NCBI GenBank assembly: GCA_040954595.2
Contig: CM082590.2
Location: forward strand, 11,284,655-11,348,654
Source of the DNA: Balanoglossus misakiensis
Taxonomy: Eukaryota > Animalia > Hemichordata
Reading direction: 5' to 3'
DNA: 64,000 nucleotides
Made by a program: the position numbers and the translations under genes. Of the stretch, positions 1 through 14,621 are shown piece after piece (position 1 is the first letter of the stretch; every line of letters begins with the position of its first letter). The notes beneath the pieces were generated by a model. It did no database searches and was not told the origin of the DNA. It worked only from the letters and a program-made list of their open reading frames with translations.

Positions 1-17
1 AGTTCACGTAAAAATCA

Positions 18-149
18 GTCACATGACTCAGCAAATAGCACGCGGCGTTGCGCGTCTTCATTCATTCCATAAATTTGCATAACAATAGCGGTCTGCGTCT
101 CCCGTCACATGATTAGTCACGAGTTTTGCTTCCTGGCGTACTTATAAAA
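18..149 (+). promoter_or_regulatory. Cathepsin L promoter: M-box/CLEAR-like E-boxes and TATA box
   Basis: GTCACATGAC at 18-27, GTCACATGAT at 104-113, TATAAAA at 143-149. A non-coding first exon ends at donor CAG|GTGAGT (267/268). Confidence 0.6.
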
Positions 150-1348
150 TCGTAAAACCGGTCGTGTGCACGTTTATTGAGGATTTTTTGGTGTGAGAGA
201 AGGATCCTGACAGTTCGTAACCCTCCAAGTGACGAAAGAAGATCTTATTCATTACCCGATTTTCCAGGTGAGTTTATTTCCATTGAGAATGTACTTTAAA
301 TGTTGATGAAATTGACCAGCTGTGTAAGAATACATTTTAATACTAAGTCTGATCACAACCGGTTAAAAAACACAACCATGTCATATCATTTTACGTTCCC
401 AACCACATCATCGCATATGGTGACGCTTAAAAATGGTACATTCTGTGACAGTTTAAGCAATTTCTACTTTTCGACTTAATATAGAAATGTACATGTACAA
501 TCAACTGTGTTACTACTGTAATTATCACCTGCTCATGTGATCATCTTTTATTGTTTTGTTGGCACCGGTCAAAGACAAAAGGCGCCCATGGTGTTAAAAG
601 CTATTTGAATATTAAAACAAGACTGAATATTTCTCTCAGATTGTCGGGAAATGGCCACCAATCCCTAATCAATAAAGACATTTCATTTCCACGCCAGACA
701 TGCCTATATTTGTCAGTCACCGGATACGTGGACATGCGCTGGTTTAACAAAAATGCATGCAAACGAAGGTCATTTGGGTCAGGCGACCGTGACTCACCAA
801 GATTTCTATGCGCATTTTAATCAACAATCGTATTCCTGATTATCAGAGGCGAGCCTCCTCTGATATGAAGTCCTTCAAAACAAGGATTTCTTTGATACCA
901 TGCGAGTAATGTTGAATAACGTCACCAGAATGAGACCGCACGTACAACAGGTTTTGTGTCTCGTGACACTGTTGGGTTTGGTGTCTTTTCAAGGTGACCT
1001 TTGCAGATAAAATTGGGGCTGATCTGAATTTGCTTTGGGGAGCTAGAGATGTGGGTAATTTGCATACAGATAATACACAATCTTTTCGCTGATTCATTAA
1101 AATGTGTGATTTCCTGGTTATTGTTTTTACACTCTGATGAAGTGCTTTCAAAATGGAGCCATAGTGACCAAACCAGAGACAGGCCCCCACCTCTTTTTCG
1201 TACCACGTTAATCATAGGTCTGGTCTCTATAGCATAACATACAGGTACATGTATATGTACTGACAATTTTGATTTGGTGTTGTGTTTAAGTTGAGACTGG
1301 TTTCGTTTATTTACCCATTTCATCGTTCTTCTCTTCCAGATTTACAAA

Positions 1349-4879
<3,531 letters not shown>

Positions 4880-7020
4880 AATGGACCAACCCTATTTTGT
4901 ATCTGTTGTTGTGCGGGTTATTCCATGTACTGAAGAGGGAAAGGGGAAACATTTCACATATGTTCTATAACTTAAATTGTACTCAAGCTACCAGGTTATA
5001 TTGTCGTAACACTGACTTTGTCAAAGTACTGAATTTGGTCATGTGATCAGCCTCTCATTCCGATGACCTTTGAACCACAATCAGCACATCCAAGTTTGAG
5101 GTTAATACTCGAAATGTGACAATTGTAGTTCATAGGTCATCGGTTTCCATAATAACAGGATATGCTGTTTTTTGTACCAAAATTACCTTAAAAGTGATAT
5201 TATGCAAAATTTACATCATTTTAAAGATGTTTATTTTTATGTCAAGAGCGTCTCATAGCAGATATTTACAAGTAACATGTCAACTGAAGCTTAATTCAGC
5301 TTTTGACTTTTAAAAAGTACCTTTTCACTAACTTTGGTGTTTGACTCAGCCCAACGGTGCATCCATTATTAATAATTTGACAAGTTTTACATTTCCTGGT
5401 CTTGTGTGTTTCTTATTTCCGGGAGGGTGGGGGGTAAGGAAAATGATTCAGATCTCAAGTGTTGCACATACTTTTGTGGTATTTCTAGTGTATCTGGGGT
5501 CGTGGGGAACAGAATTCAAGATGGTTGACGTAGCAACCAAGATGGCTGACAAGGTGCTGTGGAGGTTAAACGTCATCCTTTCTGAATCACATTCTCTGCA
5601 GAGGAGGCTTCCATGCAACGGTAGAATAGATTTACTGAATACTATGTTAATTCATTTCTTCAATGGCAATGCAGATCAATGCAGGCAAAATGTCAAAATC
5701 TCGTGAAATTCCGCCTTGTAATTACGTAGCTGCTGCTGTTTGCTATGCTCTTAAAATTCATTCCATAATGCTACCCTTTCATTTCCGCACTCTGCCTGCT
5801 TTGCCGGCAGTTTTTAATCAGAATGTTAATTGCACTTTTTGATTTTAGTCTGTCATAGTTTTCTTAATCGCATGTAGTATTTTGATGGACAACTTTTTGT
5901 TTGAATTTTAAGAAGATAAAAAATACAACTGTATGAAATAAAGTTATACAATGTACATGTGATTTGTCCATTTTCTGGCATGAAATAGTACATGCGTTTA
6001 TTATCAAAGTTCCACAAACAGTACAAGTGGAAATAGTTGAAATTGACTCCTCTAACATCCGCCAATGTAGTGCGTATTTTTGAATTTGAACCATCTATCG
6101 TGAGTTCGGCTCCACTGTATATCCCAGTAAGAGATGACATTAGCAATCTCCTTGAGACAAATTATTCGTTTTGGAATCCATAGCCAAGACGTAGGATTGG
6201 AGTCAAACATTTTCCAACAAAACAAAGACTAACACAGTATTTTTGGCAGCATATCAAGTAATGAGACTTTATTTCATAAAATAATCAAGGCAAGTGAATA
6301 ATCTATAATCACTGATGATATACTGTAAATATTATCCCTCACTTCAACTTCATAGCACCATTATTGTTTATCGGTGACCAAATATTAAGTTTTAAACACA
6401 ACCAAAACATAATCGTTATGTAAAAATTTAACGAAATAATTTTAAACGTGCACATTTCATTAAAATGGCCTGTCCAATAATAATACTGGAATAGACAGGA
6501 ATACAAATCAAATTATATACATGTATACACAACACACAAAATATCATGACTATCTTTGGATAGAAGTTATTCTCTATCATTCACCCTTTGAACCCAACTC
6601 AAATAACTTCCTTATGATGTCATCTGTCACAAACAGGTCTATATGTAAATGGTTAAATAAATGCGCGCAGCTTGACATACTGATAGTTCTATGATATCAT
6701 TTTGGTCAAAACCAAAAATTCTGTCACAAAATGTAATCAAGGCACAAGGTGTAATTTGAGATAAATAAGAAACACAGGTGACTTGCACACCAAAAAAAAC
6801 AATATATTGAAGATAAGTGATCTTTTCCGTATGGAAACTGGAAGACTGTTCCTTTCCATATTAACAATGATAATGTTCTTGTAAATCTATGGATGTTACG
6901 TCTCCATATTGTCAGAGGGCGTTATGTCACTGGTGTGCCTGATGACCTGACAGATCTGAAATCAGTCCAACTTTTCAGTCCATGTAACAGTGCTACAGGT
7001 TGCGTTCGGCTTGACACTAT

Positions 7021-8607
7021 TTACACATAGACAGAGATAGGGGTGTCTTGACCGCGATCGACCACCACAAGTCTTCGTGGTTTGCATTCGGTTTCCACAA
7101 CAACAACACAACACGGTTTGTTGATGGTATCTGTGTCAGCGTTGATCTGACACACATACCGACCAAACTGATCAAACTTCAACACTCTGTCGTTGTTGCT
7201 GTCACACACATAAATGTTGTCATCTTCGTCGGTTGTCAGGCGACGGATGTTGTAAAACTCGTCGTCTTCTTCTCCAGTGCCGGAAAACTGAAACAGGAAA
7301 TTGCCATCAGGATCAAACACTTGCACGCGCTTGTTGTCTGAATCAGACACAATCACTTGGCCTTTGGTGTTGGTGGCGATGCCTTTTGGACGTTTGAACT
7401 GCCCTTGACCGCTGCCCCTGCAGCCAAAGCATCCTTTGTATGAATGGTCATCATCTATATCATACATACGGACACAGTGACCGTTACAGTCGACAACATA
7501 CACAGTACCGTCATGGATCGCGATTCCACAAGGATTTTGCAACTCATCACTGCCGAAAGAAGTGATCTCTTTTCCGTCAAGATCAGTTACAACACATCTT
7601 GGTTTAGCATCATCTGTGATGTAGTATTTATCCCCGGCCTTTGCGATTCCCCTCGGACTCACTTGTTTCAGATCGATCTCTCGCAGATTTTGAACATCAC
7701 CCTCTTGGTTCACACTTTGAACATCGGCTTCTATGTTGATCTGCCAGAGCTTTTTCGCATTGAGATCAGTCACAACCACCTCATTGGTTCCCGTAGTGAT
7801 GACATCATGTGATTTAAAGCGGTCAGCCACTGTCATTTGTTTTCGTTGTTTCCACGGTGACTGAACTTCTATTGGTTTGAGTTGTGAAATTCCATCGATG
7901 GGAGACCCCTGTGCTGTCATTGTTATTGTCAGTTCACCTGTTGTCTTGGGAGCGTAACAAACCACATGACTTGCCGATACTTTCCGTTGACCATTCCCAT
8001 TTCCATTCCCATTCCCATTCCCATTCCCATTCCCATTTTCTTCTCCGGTGTGATACTTATTTGGCATTACTGCCAATGACGTTGGTGAACCATTCTGATA
8101 TACCTCTGCCTTCACTTGCTTACAAACACTCACTGCATTCCCTTCCCAATCAACCAAGTTGACAGGTACATACAACATCTCTCCTTGTCTCAACTCACTG
8201 GGAACATCTTTGCAAATGATGGATGATTTTCTGGCATCAGCTGGAAGACCAATCTTCCCAAGCACTGGCTCACTTCCATTCACTGCAGAGAATTGTGGAA
8301 AGGCTTCTGGGAAAGATATGCTCGGTGGCATAACTTCAGTTTCTGAATTCTGAATGTGATCAGTCAGTGCCCTCTGGTGTGTTTCAAGTGGGCTGAGAAT
8401 TTTTTCATATGTATCTTGCAAATCAGTTTTCAGTTTTTCTCCAGAATTTTTCACCATTGCAACAACAGATTTGACCTGATCATCAACTGAACTGCATTCT
8501 TGCTCACATTGCATTCTAGCTTTTTCTAATAACTCTTCCAGTCTTTGCTTCTCTGCTTTCACTTTCTCAAGTTGTGTCAACTTCTCTTCTTGTCCACTAG
8601 TTGCCAT
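7021..8607 (-). CDS. Coiled-coil + filamin-like + NHL-repeat protein (TRIM2/3/71-like C-terminal architecture, no RING/B-box)
   Basis: 528-aa single-exon ORF. N-terminal heptad-rich helix, then NHL repeats (GQFKRPKGIATNTKGQVIVSDSDNKRVQVFDPDG; PRGIA; PCGIAI). Splice acceptor at 8647-8649 and donor CAG|GTAGGT near 8988 indicate a non-coding first exon. Confidence 0.88.
   Translation of the reverse strand: MATSGQEEKLTQLEKVKAEKQRLEELLEKARMQCEQECSSVDDQVKSVVAMVKNSGEKLKTDLQDTYEKILSPLETHQRALTDHIQNSETEVMPPSISFPEAFPQFSAVNGSEPVLGKIGLPADARKSSIICKDVPSELRQGEMLYVPVNLVDWEGNAVSVCKQVKAEVYQNGSPTSLAVMPNKYHTGEENGNGNGNGNGNGNGNGQRKVSASHVVCYAPKTTGELTITMTAQGSPIDGISQLKPIEVQSPWKQRKQMTVADRFKSHDVITTGTNEVVVTDLNAKKLWQINIEADVQSVNQEGDVQNLREIDLKQVSPRGIAKAGDKYYITDDAKPRCVVTDLDGKEITSFGSDELQNPCGIAIHDGTVYVVDCNGHCVRMYDIDDDHSYKGCFGCRGSGQGQFKRPKGIATNTKGQVIVSDSDNKRVQVFDPDGNFLFQFSGTGEEDDEFYNIRRLTTDEDDNIYVCDSNNDRVLKFDQFGRYVCQINADTDTINKPCCVVVVETECKPRRLVVVDRGQDTPISVYV
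7991..8037. repeat. (CCATTC)n coding hexanucleotide repeat encoding poly-(Gly-Asn)
   Basis: About 8 tandem CCATTC units, giving NGNGNGNGNGNGNGNG in the NHL protein. Confidence 0.9.
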
Positions 8608-10210
8608 AGTAACATGCTCTTGTAAATTGTCTTTTCGATAGCACTACTGTGAACAGAAAAGAAATGTTTGGTCTGACAGCCATAGCCACACGATCGTAAA
8701 TGTACAGTACGTACTACCATGTATGATTCTTTATTGAATAGGCAAGTCATAAATACATTCCACATTATTAAATACGAATGTACTATCCCAACAATACTAC
8801 TAGGGCATATGGTTGTGTGCCAGACAGGGCAAGCAGACCAAAGCACACCCGAGCGCCCAGCGTCTGTGAACGTCATGGTGATAAAATAGTAAACAAATTG
8901 ACGACATATTTTAATTTTCACATCGAGAAGTACTTGACCATGGAAATGTTATTTTGTAAGAATTAAATTAAAATATAAATGTACCTACCTGCACTTTTTC
9001 GGAGATTTTGAAATACAAAACGAAATTGTGACCTTCACTTCCGCATCGAACACATATTGAATTTTCAGTCTGTCTGTTCGGAAATATATAAGGGGCGTTT
9101 CCTCCCCTTGTAAAACACCACATTCAGTGTCACCTCTGGGCGAAACCTCCTTGTAAAAATTTCAAATAGCTAAATATGTGATATATTTATTTAAAAAACT
9201 GCTTTTTTTCTGTAGTTTCACTAGAGTCTATTTTCGAATAACTAGCTATGAATTATATTGGCTTATCAACCAAGCTTGCTCTCAAGGAAACATACGACTC
9301 TGCCTTGTCTTGGTAACTAAGGTACTACAAGTAACGTAGTATGTTAGTTTTTATGTTTACAATAAAGAACTGTTTGTCTGTCTGTCCTTTTATTTGTTTG
9401 TTTACAAGCACATTTCATGCAGTAAATACAAAACGAAAGTAAGATGCAATAAGCCTATCTCTCATACATGATAACAGCTTTTGTTTTGTTTTGTTTATCT
9501 GTCTACTACTATCACAATGGAACAAGGATTTAATATTTCTCTAACCTTTCAATGATTTGCTAGCGCAAAGAAGGCTCACTCCTACCTCTCTGATTCGACG
9601 TGAATGTGAAATGTAAAATTCCGGGAATCGTGTTGATAAATCTCAATGGTATTTTACACACAACTAAATTCGTTGAATTTGACCAGCTTTGTTTGATTTA
9701 ATCACCCATTTTTTTATGTCATAGCTGTTGTTGTTTGTCTTCCTGATACTTATCAGTGACCTTAAAGTACTTTAAGTGTGACCGACTTTGTCTGCCTTCA
9801 TGAGTCACGACCCTTCTACCCCGTTGGCCTCAGTATTTAGAGCAAAGGTTGATTATTTTACTGTCTGCTTTTTAATCAGTCGAATATCTCCAAAGTGATG
9901 GATAAACATCACTATATATAGGTATGCGCTGACAACTAATCATGTTTTGGGGAAAAACCTGGTTGATAAGGGCTTAATATTTTTAACGGCCAGGCCCCAG
10001 TCTGCAATCTTGCTGCCAGGGAAAATTTAGGTGATTTAAATAGTTTTCATAAAAACAAAAACAAATTTACACGCGTGTCAGTTTCTGCTACTTGAAATGA
10101 ACAACTTGGGCTCGCATCATGATTCACATCAATTGTCATGCAACTATGTCTATTTCATATTCACCTAAATGTCTGTTTCTATAAGTTTCGTCACTATTTG
10201 GTTGCAAAAA

Positions 10211-10317
10211 TTACGTCACGATGCTATGTTTAGCGCAATTACATGATTTGCATATCGTCAGTTTCGGCCAATCAGGCTTCGACGAAATGACGTAATGCGT
10301 TCTAGGGCAGATAAAAA
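10211..10317 (+). promoter_or_regulatory. NUPR1-like promoter with two ATF/CRE-type sites, octamer and CCAAT
   Basis: TTACGTCA 10211-10218, ATTTGCAT 10246-10253, CCAAT 10268-10272, TGACGTAA 10288-10295, TATA-like GATAAAAA 10310-10317. Confidence 0.55.
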
Positions 10318-10436
10318 ACCAACACACAGCTGTGTATGTTTCACATATCAACATAGACATCGTCGTAAACGGTTTTCAAGGACGTCTCTGTAAATTTGTC
10401 AGAATTCCACGGTTTGCTCGAACTACTAGTTCAAAC

Positions 10437-10637
10437 ATGGAGGCATATTTCGATGAGTATGATTACTACAACTTCGAGAATCTGCCGAGTCATTCGAGTG
10501 GGAAAGGTCGATCGAAGAGAGAGGTTGAACAGACGAGACGTTTTGACCCAAACCACGATGTTCGGGTGACCGTCACCAAATATAGAAATACCGAAATCAA
10601 GAAGAAGGAAGTCAGAAAAAAGATGAACAACTTATGA
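10437..10637 (+). CDS. NUPR1: Nuclear protein 1 (p8/NUPR1-like), 66 aa
   Basis: Strong-context ATG (AAACATGG). MEAYFDEYDYYN...GKGRSKRE...NTEIKKK matches the p8/NUPR1 family pattern (DEYDYY, KGRTKRE, basic tail). Donor AAG|GTAAGA lies 3 nt after the stop. Confidence 0.85.
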   Translation: MEAYFDEYDYYNFENLPSHSSGKGRSKREVEQTRRFDPNHDVRVTVTKYRNTEIKKKEVRKKMNNL

Positions 10638-11313
10638 AAGGTAAGATATCATACTTTGCATTGCATTCATCCTCTTTTTATGTTATTTTTGTAGAGGTTT
10701 GTTTACTAAACGAGATGTTTTTTATGAAGGTTAAAAAATCCAATATGGCGAGTCGACAACCAGGGACGTACGTCCAAGCCTTGTTGTGATGGATCCGTGG
10801 CCATATCATGTCACGCCCTCGTCTGTGTATATTAGGGTGTGGAAGTTGTAGGGCTTCACGAATCCGTAGCAATTCTAGACCGAGGCGAGCGTCAACATTT
10901 TCGTGGGTCTTTCTAAGTCGCATGCCATACTTAATTCTTGTTTTGAAAAACACAAAGGAAGTACATGTACTATGTACGTGAGAGGAATGTTTATTTACAA
11001 TAGTACCTACTGCCAACCTTGCTGTGTTCACTTAAAAGTTTATTGGCTGTTTGGCTGCTTAAATATGATAAATTTATGACACAGCCTTTTGGGCATGCTT
11101 TGTTATTGCAGTATGGACAATGGAATCGAACAAAAATATTTATATACAGATAAAATCACCATCATCACAGATACAGTTTTCATTTTAATATTGCCACCTG
11201 TTGCAGATATACTGATATTTTTCTCTCTGTTTTGTTTCCCATAGGTAGCACAACGTCCTAAGAAGACCAACAGCCCTTAATCAAGACTGGACCCAGGACC
11301 TGTTTAAACGACA

Positions 11314-11478
11314 ATGATGGAGACCATGGCTGTAACCGAGATATTAAGGAGGGTCTTCTCAAGACCCTCCTTACTCTGGACTTGTGTTTTATTGTCAAAA
11401 TGGCAACGTCTGCAGACCGCAGAGTTGGCAGGAGGGACTCCCTCCTTGCCACTCTGCAGAAAATTGGTATCACTGTAA
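11314..11478 (+). other. 54-codon upstream ORF overlapping the PrdX start out of frame
   Basis: ATG ATG GAG ACC ATG GCT...CTG TAA. Three in-frame ATGs (11314, 11317, 11326), the last in strong context (ACCATGG). The frame runs across ATG 11400. Confidence 0.5.
11345..11457 (+). other. Two RNA hairpins flanking the PrdX start codon
   Basis: Perfect 13-bp stem TAAGGAGGGTCTT-ctc-AAGACCCTCCTTA (11345-11373). A ~17-bp bulged stem GCAGAGTTGGCAGGAGGG-act-CCCTCCTTGCCACTCTGC (11419-11457). Confidence 0.7.
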
Positions 11479-11894
11479 CTACTGTTCCATACTAAGAACT
11501 TGGACGCAGAAATGGCATGCAGGGGATTTTTTGTAAAAACCTATTTCTAAAAGATCGAAAGGGTCAGTTTTATCTTGTTGTGTGCAGCGAAGATAGACAG
11601 GTTGACCTGAAGTTGTTAAAAAAATCCACCAATGCTGCCAGAAATTTCTCATTTGCAAGTGCTGATGAGTTGTACAGTAGCTTACAAGTTGAGGCAGGGA
11701 GTGTCAGTCCATTTGCTTTGATGTACGATACCAAAAAAAGTGTTAGAATTATTCTTGATAGTAATTTACAGTTTTGTAATGATTTGTTAAATTTTCATCC
11801 GTTAATACCACAAGAATCATCTTTGATATCTTACAAGGATTTGATCATATTCATCAAATTTTGTGGACATGATCCAGAAATTGTAAACATGTAA
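11400..11894 (+). CDS. PRORSD1: PrdX/YbaK-family aminoacyl-tRNA deacylase (PRORSD1-like), interrupted by one in-frame TAA at 11493-11495
   Basis: MATSADRRVGRRDSLLATLQKIGITVTTVPY*ELGRRNGMQGIFCKNLFLKDRKGQFYLV...GSVSPFAL...FHPL...GHDPEIVNM. KNLFLKD, GxxxP loop, FHP and GHDP motifs are all intact. It could be a null allele or pseudogene, could be recoded, or could start at Met 11517. AATAAA at 12105-12110 is followed by a GT-rich tract. Confidence 0.8.
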
Positions 11895-12588
11895 CAATAT
11901 TGATGTTTTTGTGTCAAACAAGATTTAAATATGGTTGTCTTTCTTTTGTTTTCTGTTCCCCCCATTTACCACAACAGTTTGGATCAGTCCCACAGGTTTT
12001 GTTAGTGACCTTAGGGTGATAACACTGAAGAATGGGGTGGAAGGGTCAACTCATTTACCATCATTGTAATATATCTGTGGATTAACTTTGTTCATTTATT
12101 GTTCAATAAAAAATGATAAATGTTTCAGGTGTTTGTGTTGTGTATATTTATAGTCTGCTGGAAATGTTTGTTGAAGTGATTCATTTCCTTCCAGTGACAA
12201 CATGCAATTTACAAATAACTGTTTAAAGTTAAAAGGGCGTGTCTGCATCTTCTAATGACCATCATAGGCCTGATTATGCAGTGCCTGTGATTGGCTAGAT
12301 CTCCGCTTTCCATGGCAACTGTGGCCAAATTTGCATACGTGTATGGCCTTGTACATTGGGTGGTTACTAATCAATCTTTCTTGTCGATTTCATATTCTTT
12401 GGAGGTTGGTAACCTTTGCACCAAGTTGTGAAAAGTTCCTGTCTGAAATATATAAAGAATTCTCTCTTTTATTCGGTTGTTTTCAGTCCTTTTGCAATAG
12501 GCAACTCTGTCGCTATGACAATGAACTGAAAGACGCAAAGTAAACTGAAATTGACCTTTCCTGAGGTCAAAGTTTAACAACAAACAAA

Positions 12589-13158
12589 ATGGCGTCCAGA
12601 GGAGAGGAAAGATTCGAAGTGGTGAGAAATTCCGCTGCTGGGATTTTATTATCGGCAGGGACGACAGGAATTGGATATTTTATAGTTCCTTTCCCAATGC
12701 CAAGTATGCCAACGGTGACAGATCGTGTGATTTTTGCTGTTCGTTGCCAGATATTTGCCGCTGTATGTCTGTATGCAGGTTTACAAGCTATCTCGATCAA
12801 AAGATTATTCACACAAGCTATTGATCCAATATCGGGTAAGGGGCAACATCACATTGAGATCCACTGCAGATACGCACAGAACACCCTAGAAAATCTTGTT
12901 TTAAGTACAATAACGAACTTGGTACTCAGTTCATACGTTGAAGAAAGCAGTATGAAAATCATCCCTATATTTGTGTTCCTGTTTGTTGTTGGAAGGATAA
13001 CTTTTTGGCTGGGATATTTGCAACATCCGTTGGCCAGGGCGTTTGGTTTTGGAGTCAACGTCTTTGTTGTGTGGTTACCGATGTATTTTGCCATATTCTG
13101 CGTATTATGGAGTGGTCTTGGATTCAGACTTCCTATCGATGGCCAGACTGTGGAATAA
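12589..13158 (+). CDS. TMEM79-like / MAPEG-superfamily membrane protein (189 aa)
   Basis: Four to five hydrophobic helices; RYAQNTLEN and FVVGRITFWLGY...RAFGF motifs typical of TMEM79/MAPEG. Strong Kozak (AAAATGG). Reverse CCAAT and an RFX-like box lie at ~12289-12319. Confidence 0.82.
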   Translation: MASRGEERFEVVRNSAAGILLSAGTTGIGYFIVPFPMPSMPTVTDRVIFAVRCQIFAAVCLYAGLQAISIKRLFTQAIDPISGKGQHHIEIHCRYAQNTLENLVLSTITNLVLSSYVEESSMKIIPIFVFLFVVGRITFWLGYLQHPLARAFGFGVNVFVVWLPMYFAIFCVLWSGLGFRLPIDGQTVE

Positions 13159-14621
13159 CAACCTTGAGAGAAATGCCAAAAATGGAAGTTGCCCAGTTGT
13201 TACACCTCCCGCCTTGAGGACGAGAGTTGGGATGTTACCCGAAGATCACGGCTGCATATAATTACTGTTCTCCAGAGATGTTCCTCATCGCACACATAAC
13301 ATGTTTGGTGCAATAAAACAGGAAAACTGAGAAAGATGAAAAGAGGAGCCAGGCCCTGGACCAGTGGTGGAAAATTTAATCGCTGATGATACTCAATGGT
13401 TGATGCATGAAATCTGCCGTGTAATGTGATGGAAAGTCTGTGATAAACTGGAACTTACAAGATGTGATAACAATTTACCTGGATCTGATTTCTACAGCAT
13501 GACATTGCCACTGGCACAAATCTCGCTCCGGGTTCCTTCGACTAATTATGGAGTTAACAACCAGTATGACGTGTTGAAAGGCAGGCACGCTGACTCTGAT
13601 AAAATTGTGTTGAGTTGGGCAGAGACTATTGTAGAAGCCTGTAGATTGCTACTGAAGTAAAACTGAATATTGATTGTATGGTGGACATTGAAGTGACTGT
13701 TTTAGATAGTAAAAGAGACCACACTTCTATAGAAGCAAAGACAGTAGAAAACAGATAGAAGGTCGCGCATCTACATGTGTTTGCAGTTCATGTACATTTG
13801 TACGCTTGTTCTACTCAAACTTTTTATAGTCCTACAGTCAAAAGTCCACCAGTGGACTTTGTATGTCAATAAAGAAAGTTTCACCAAAGTTTACCAATGG
13901 TGATACGAGTGACCAATTTGCAATGTAAAATGTAGATTAATTATTGTGAAATACACTATTATTATACACCTACTTCCCTAGCCCTTGATGTCCTGTTAGT
14001 ATGTTTCTGTATTTGTTTTGTACAATATATGAACTCATCTACAGCTCGTCCAATCCACTGTGCTTGGGCTCTCACCCATTCATGGCAATATTTTGTGAAT
14101 AACCCTGTATTATTTTCATTGGGAATAATTGTCGCTGAAATAAAACTATATCTACTGAGTTTCTTTGTCTCTTGTTTTTCATTTTATTTATCATGAATAA
14201 CCTGTGGGAACAAGTCCAGTTTAGAGGCTCCTTAAAATTGAAACAAACACAAAATGCAACATAGAGAAAAAACATACTTGTCACAAAGCACAAAGAAATA
14301 TGACTTTAAAAATATAGATAATGTAGTGGTATAAAGAAATTTATGGTTTATTTGAAATTGCATGTCCAATACCAACCATTCATTAAATTTGTTCTTCTTT
14401 CAATTACAAGAAAGTTTAAACGTTTAGTGTGCAGAATTTCCAGACACATTGAAAATAGATTCAGATAAAATATCAGGGTCATCATAATAATTATTTGCAC
14501 ATTTATTTAGGAAGAACATGTCAAGGTTACAGTGGCGTTGAATCAGACTTGGCAAGTTGGAAACATCGCAGAAAGTACTGGGTGATATGTCAAGGTATGT
14601 GAGTTTTTGGTACAAAGGAAT

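Noticed and set aside
551-1323. ORFs in the first intron of cathepsin L
   Set aside because: No recognisable motifs; they lie between donor 268 and acceptor 1339.
10332-10436. N-terminal extension of NUPR1 in the ORF track
   Set aside because: It begins at a GTG close to the likely TSS; family similarity and a strong Kozak context start at ATG 10437.
10437-11894. NUPR1-PrdX fusion protein
   Set aside because: The NUPR1 stop precedes the donor, and the PrdX frame has a TAA at 11259-11261 upstream of its ATG.
13420-13660. Short open frame (RCDNNLPGSDFY...) downstream of the TMEM79-like gene
   Set aside because: Only a vague PAN-like word with no Cys pattern; probably 3' UTR or intergenic.
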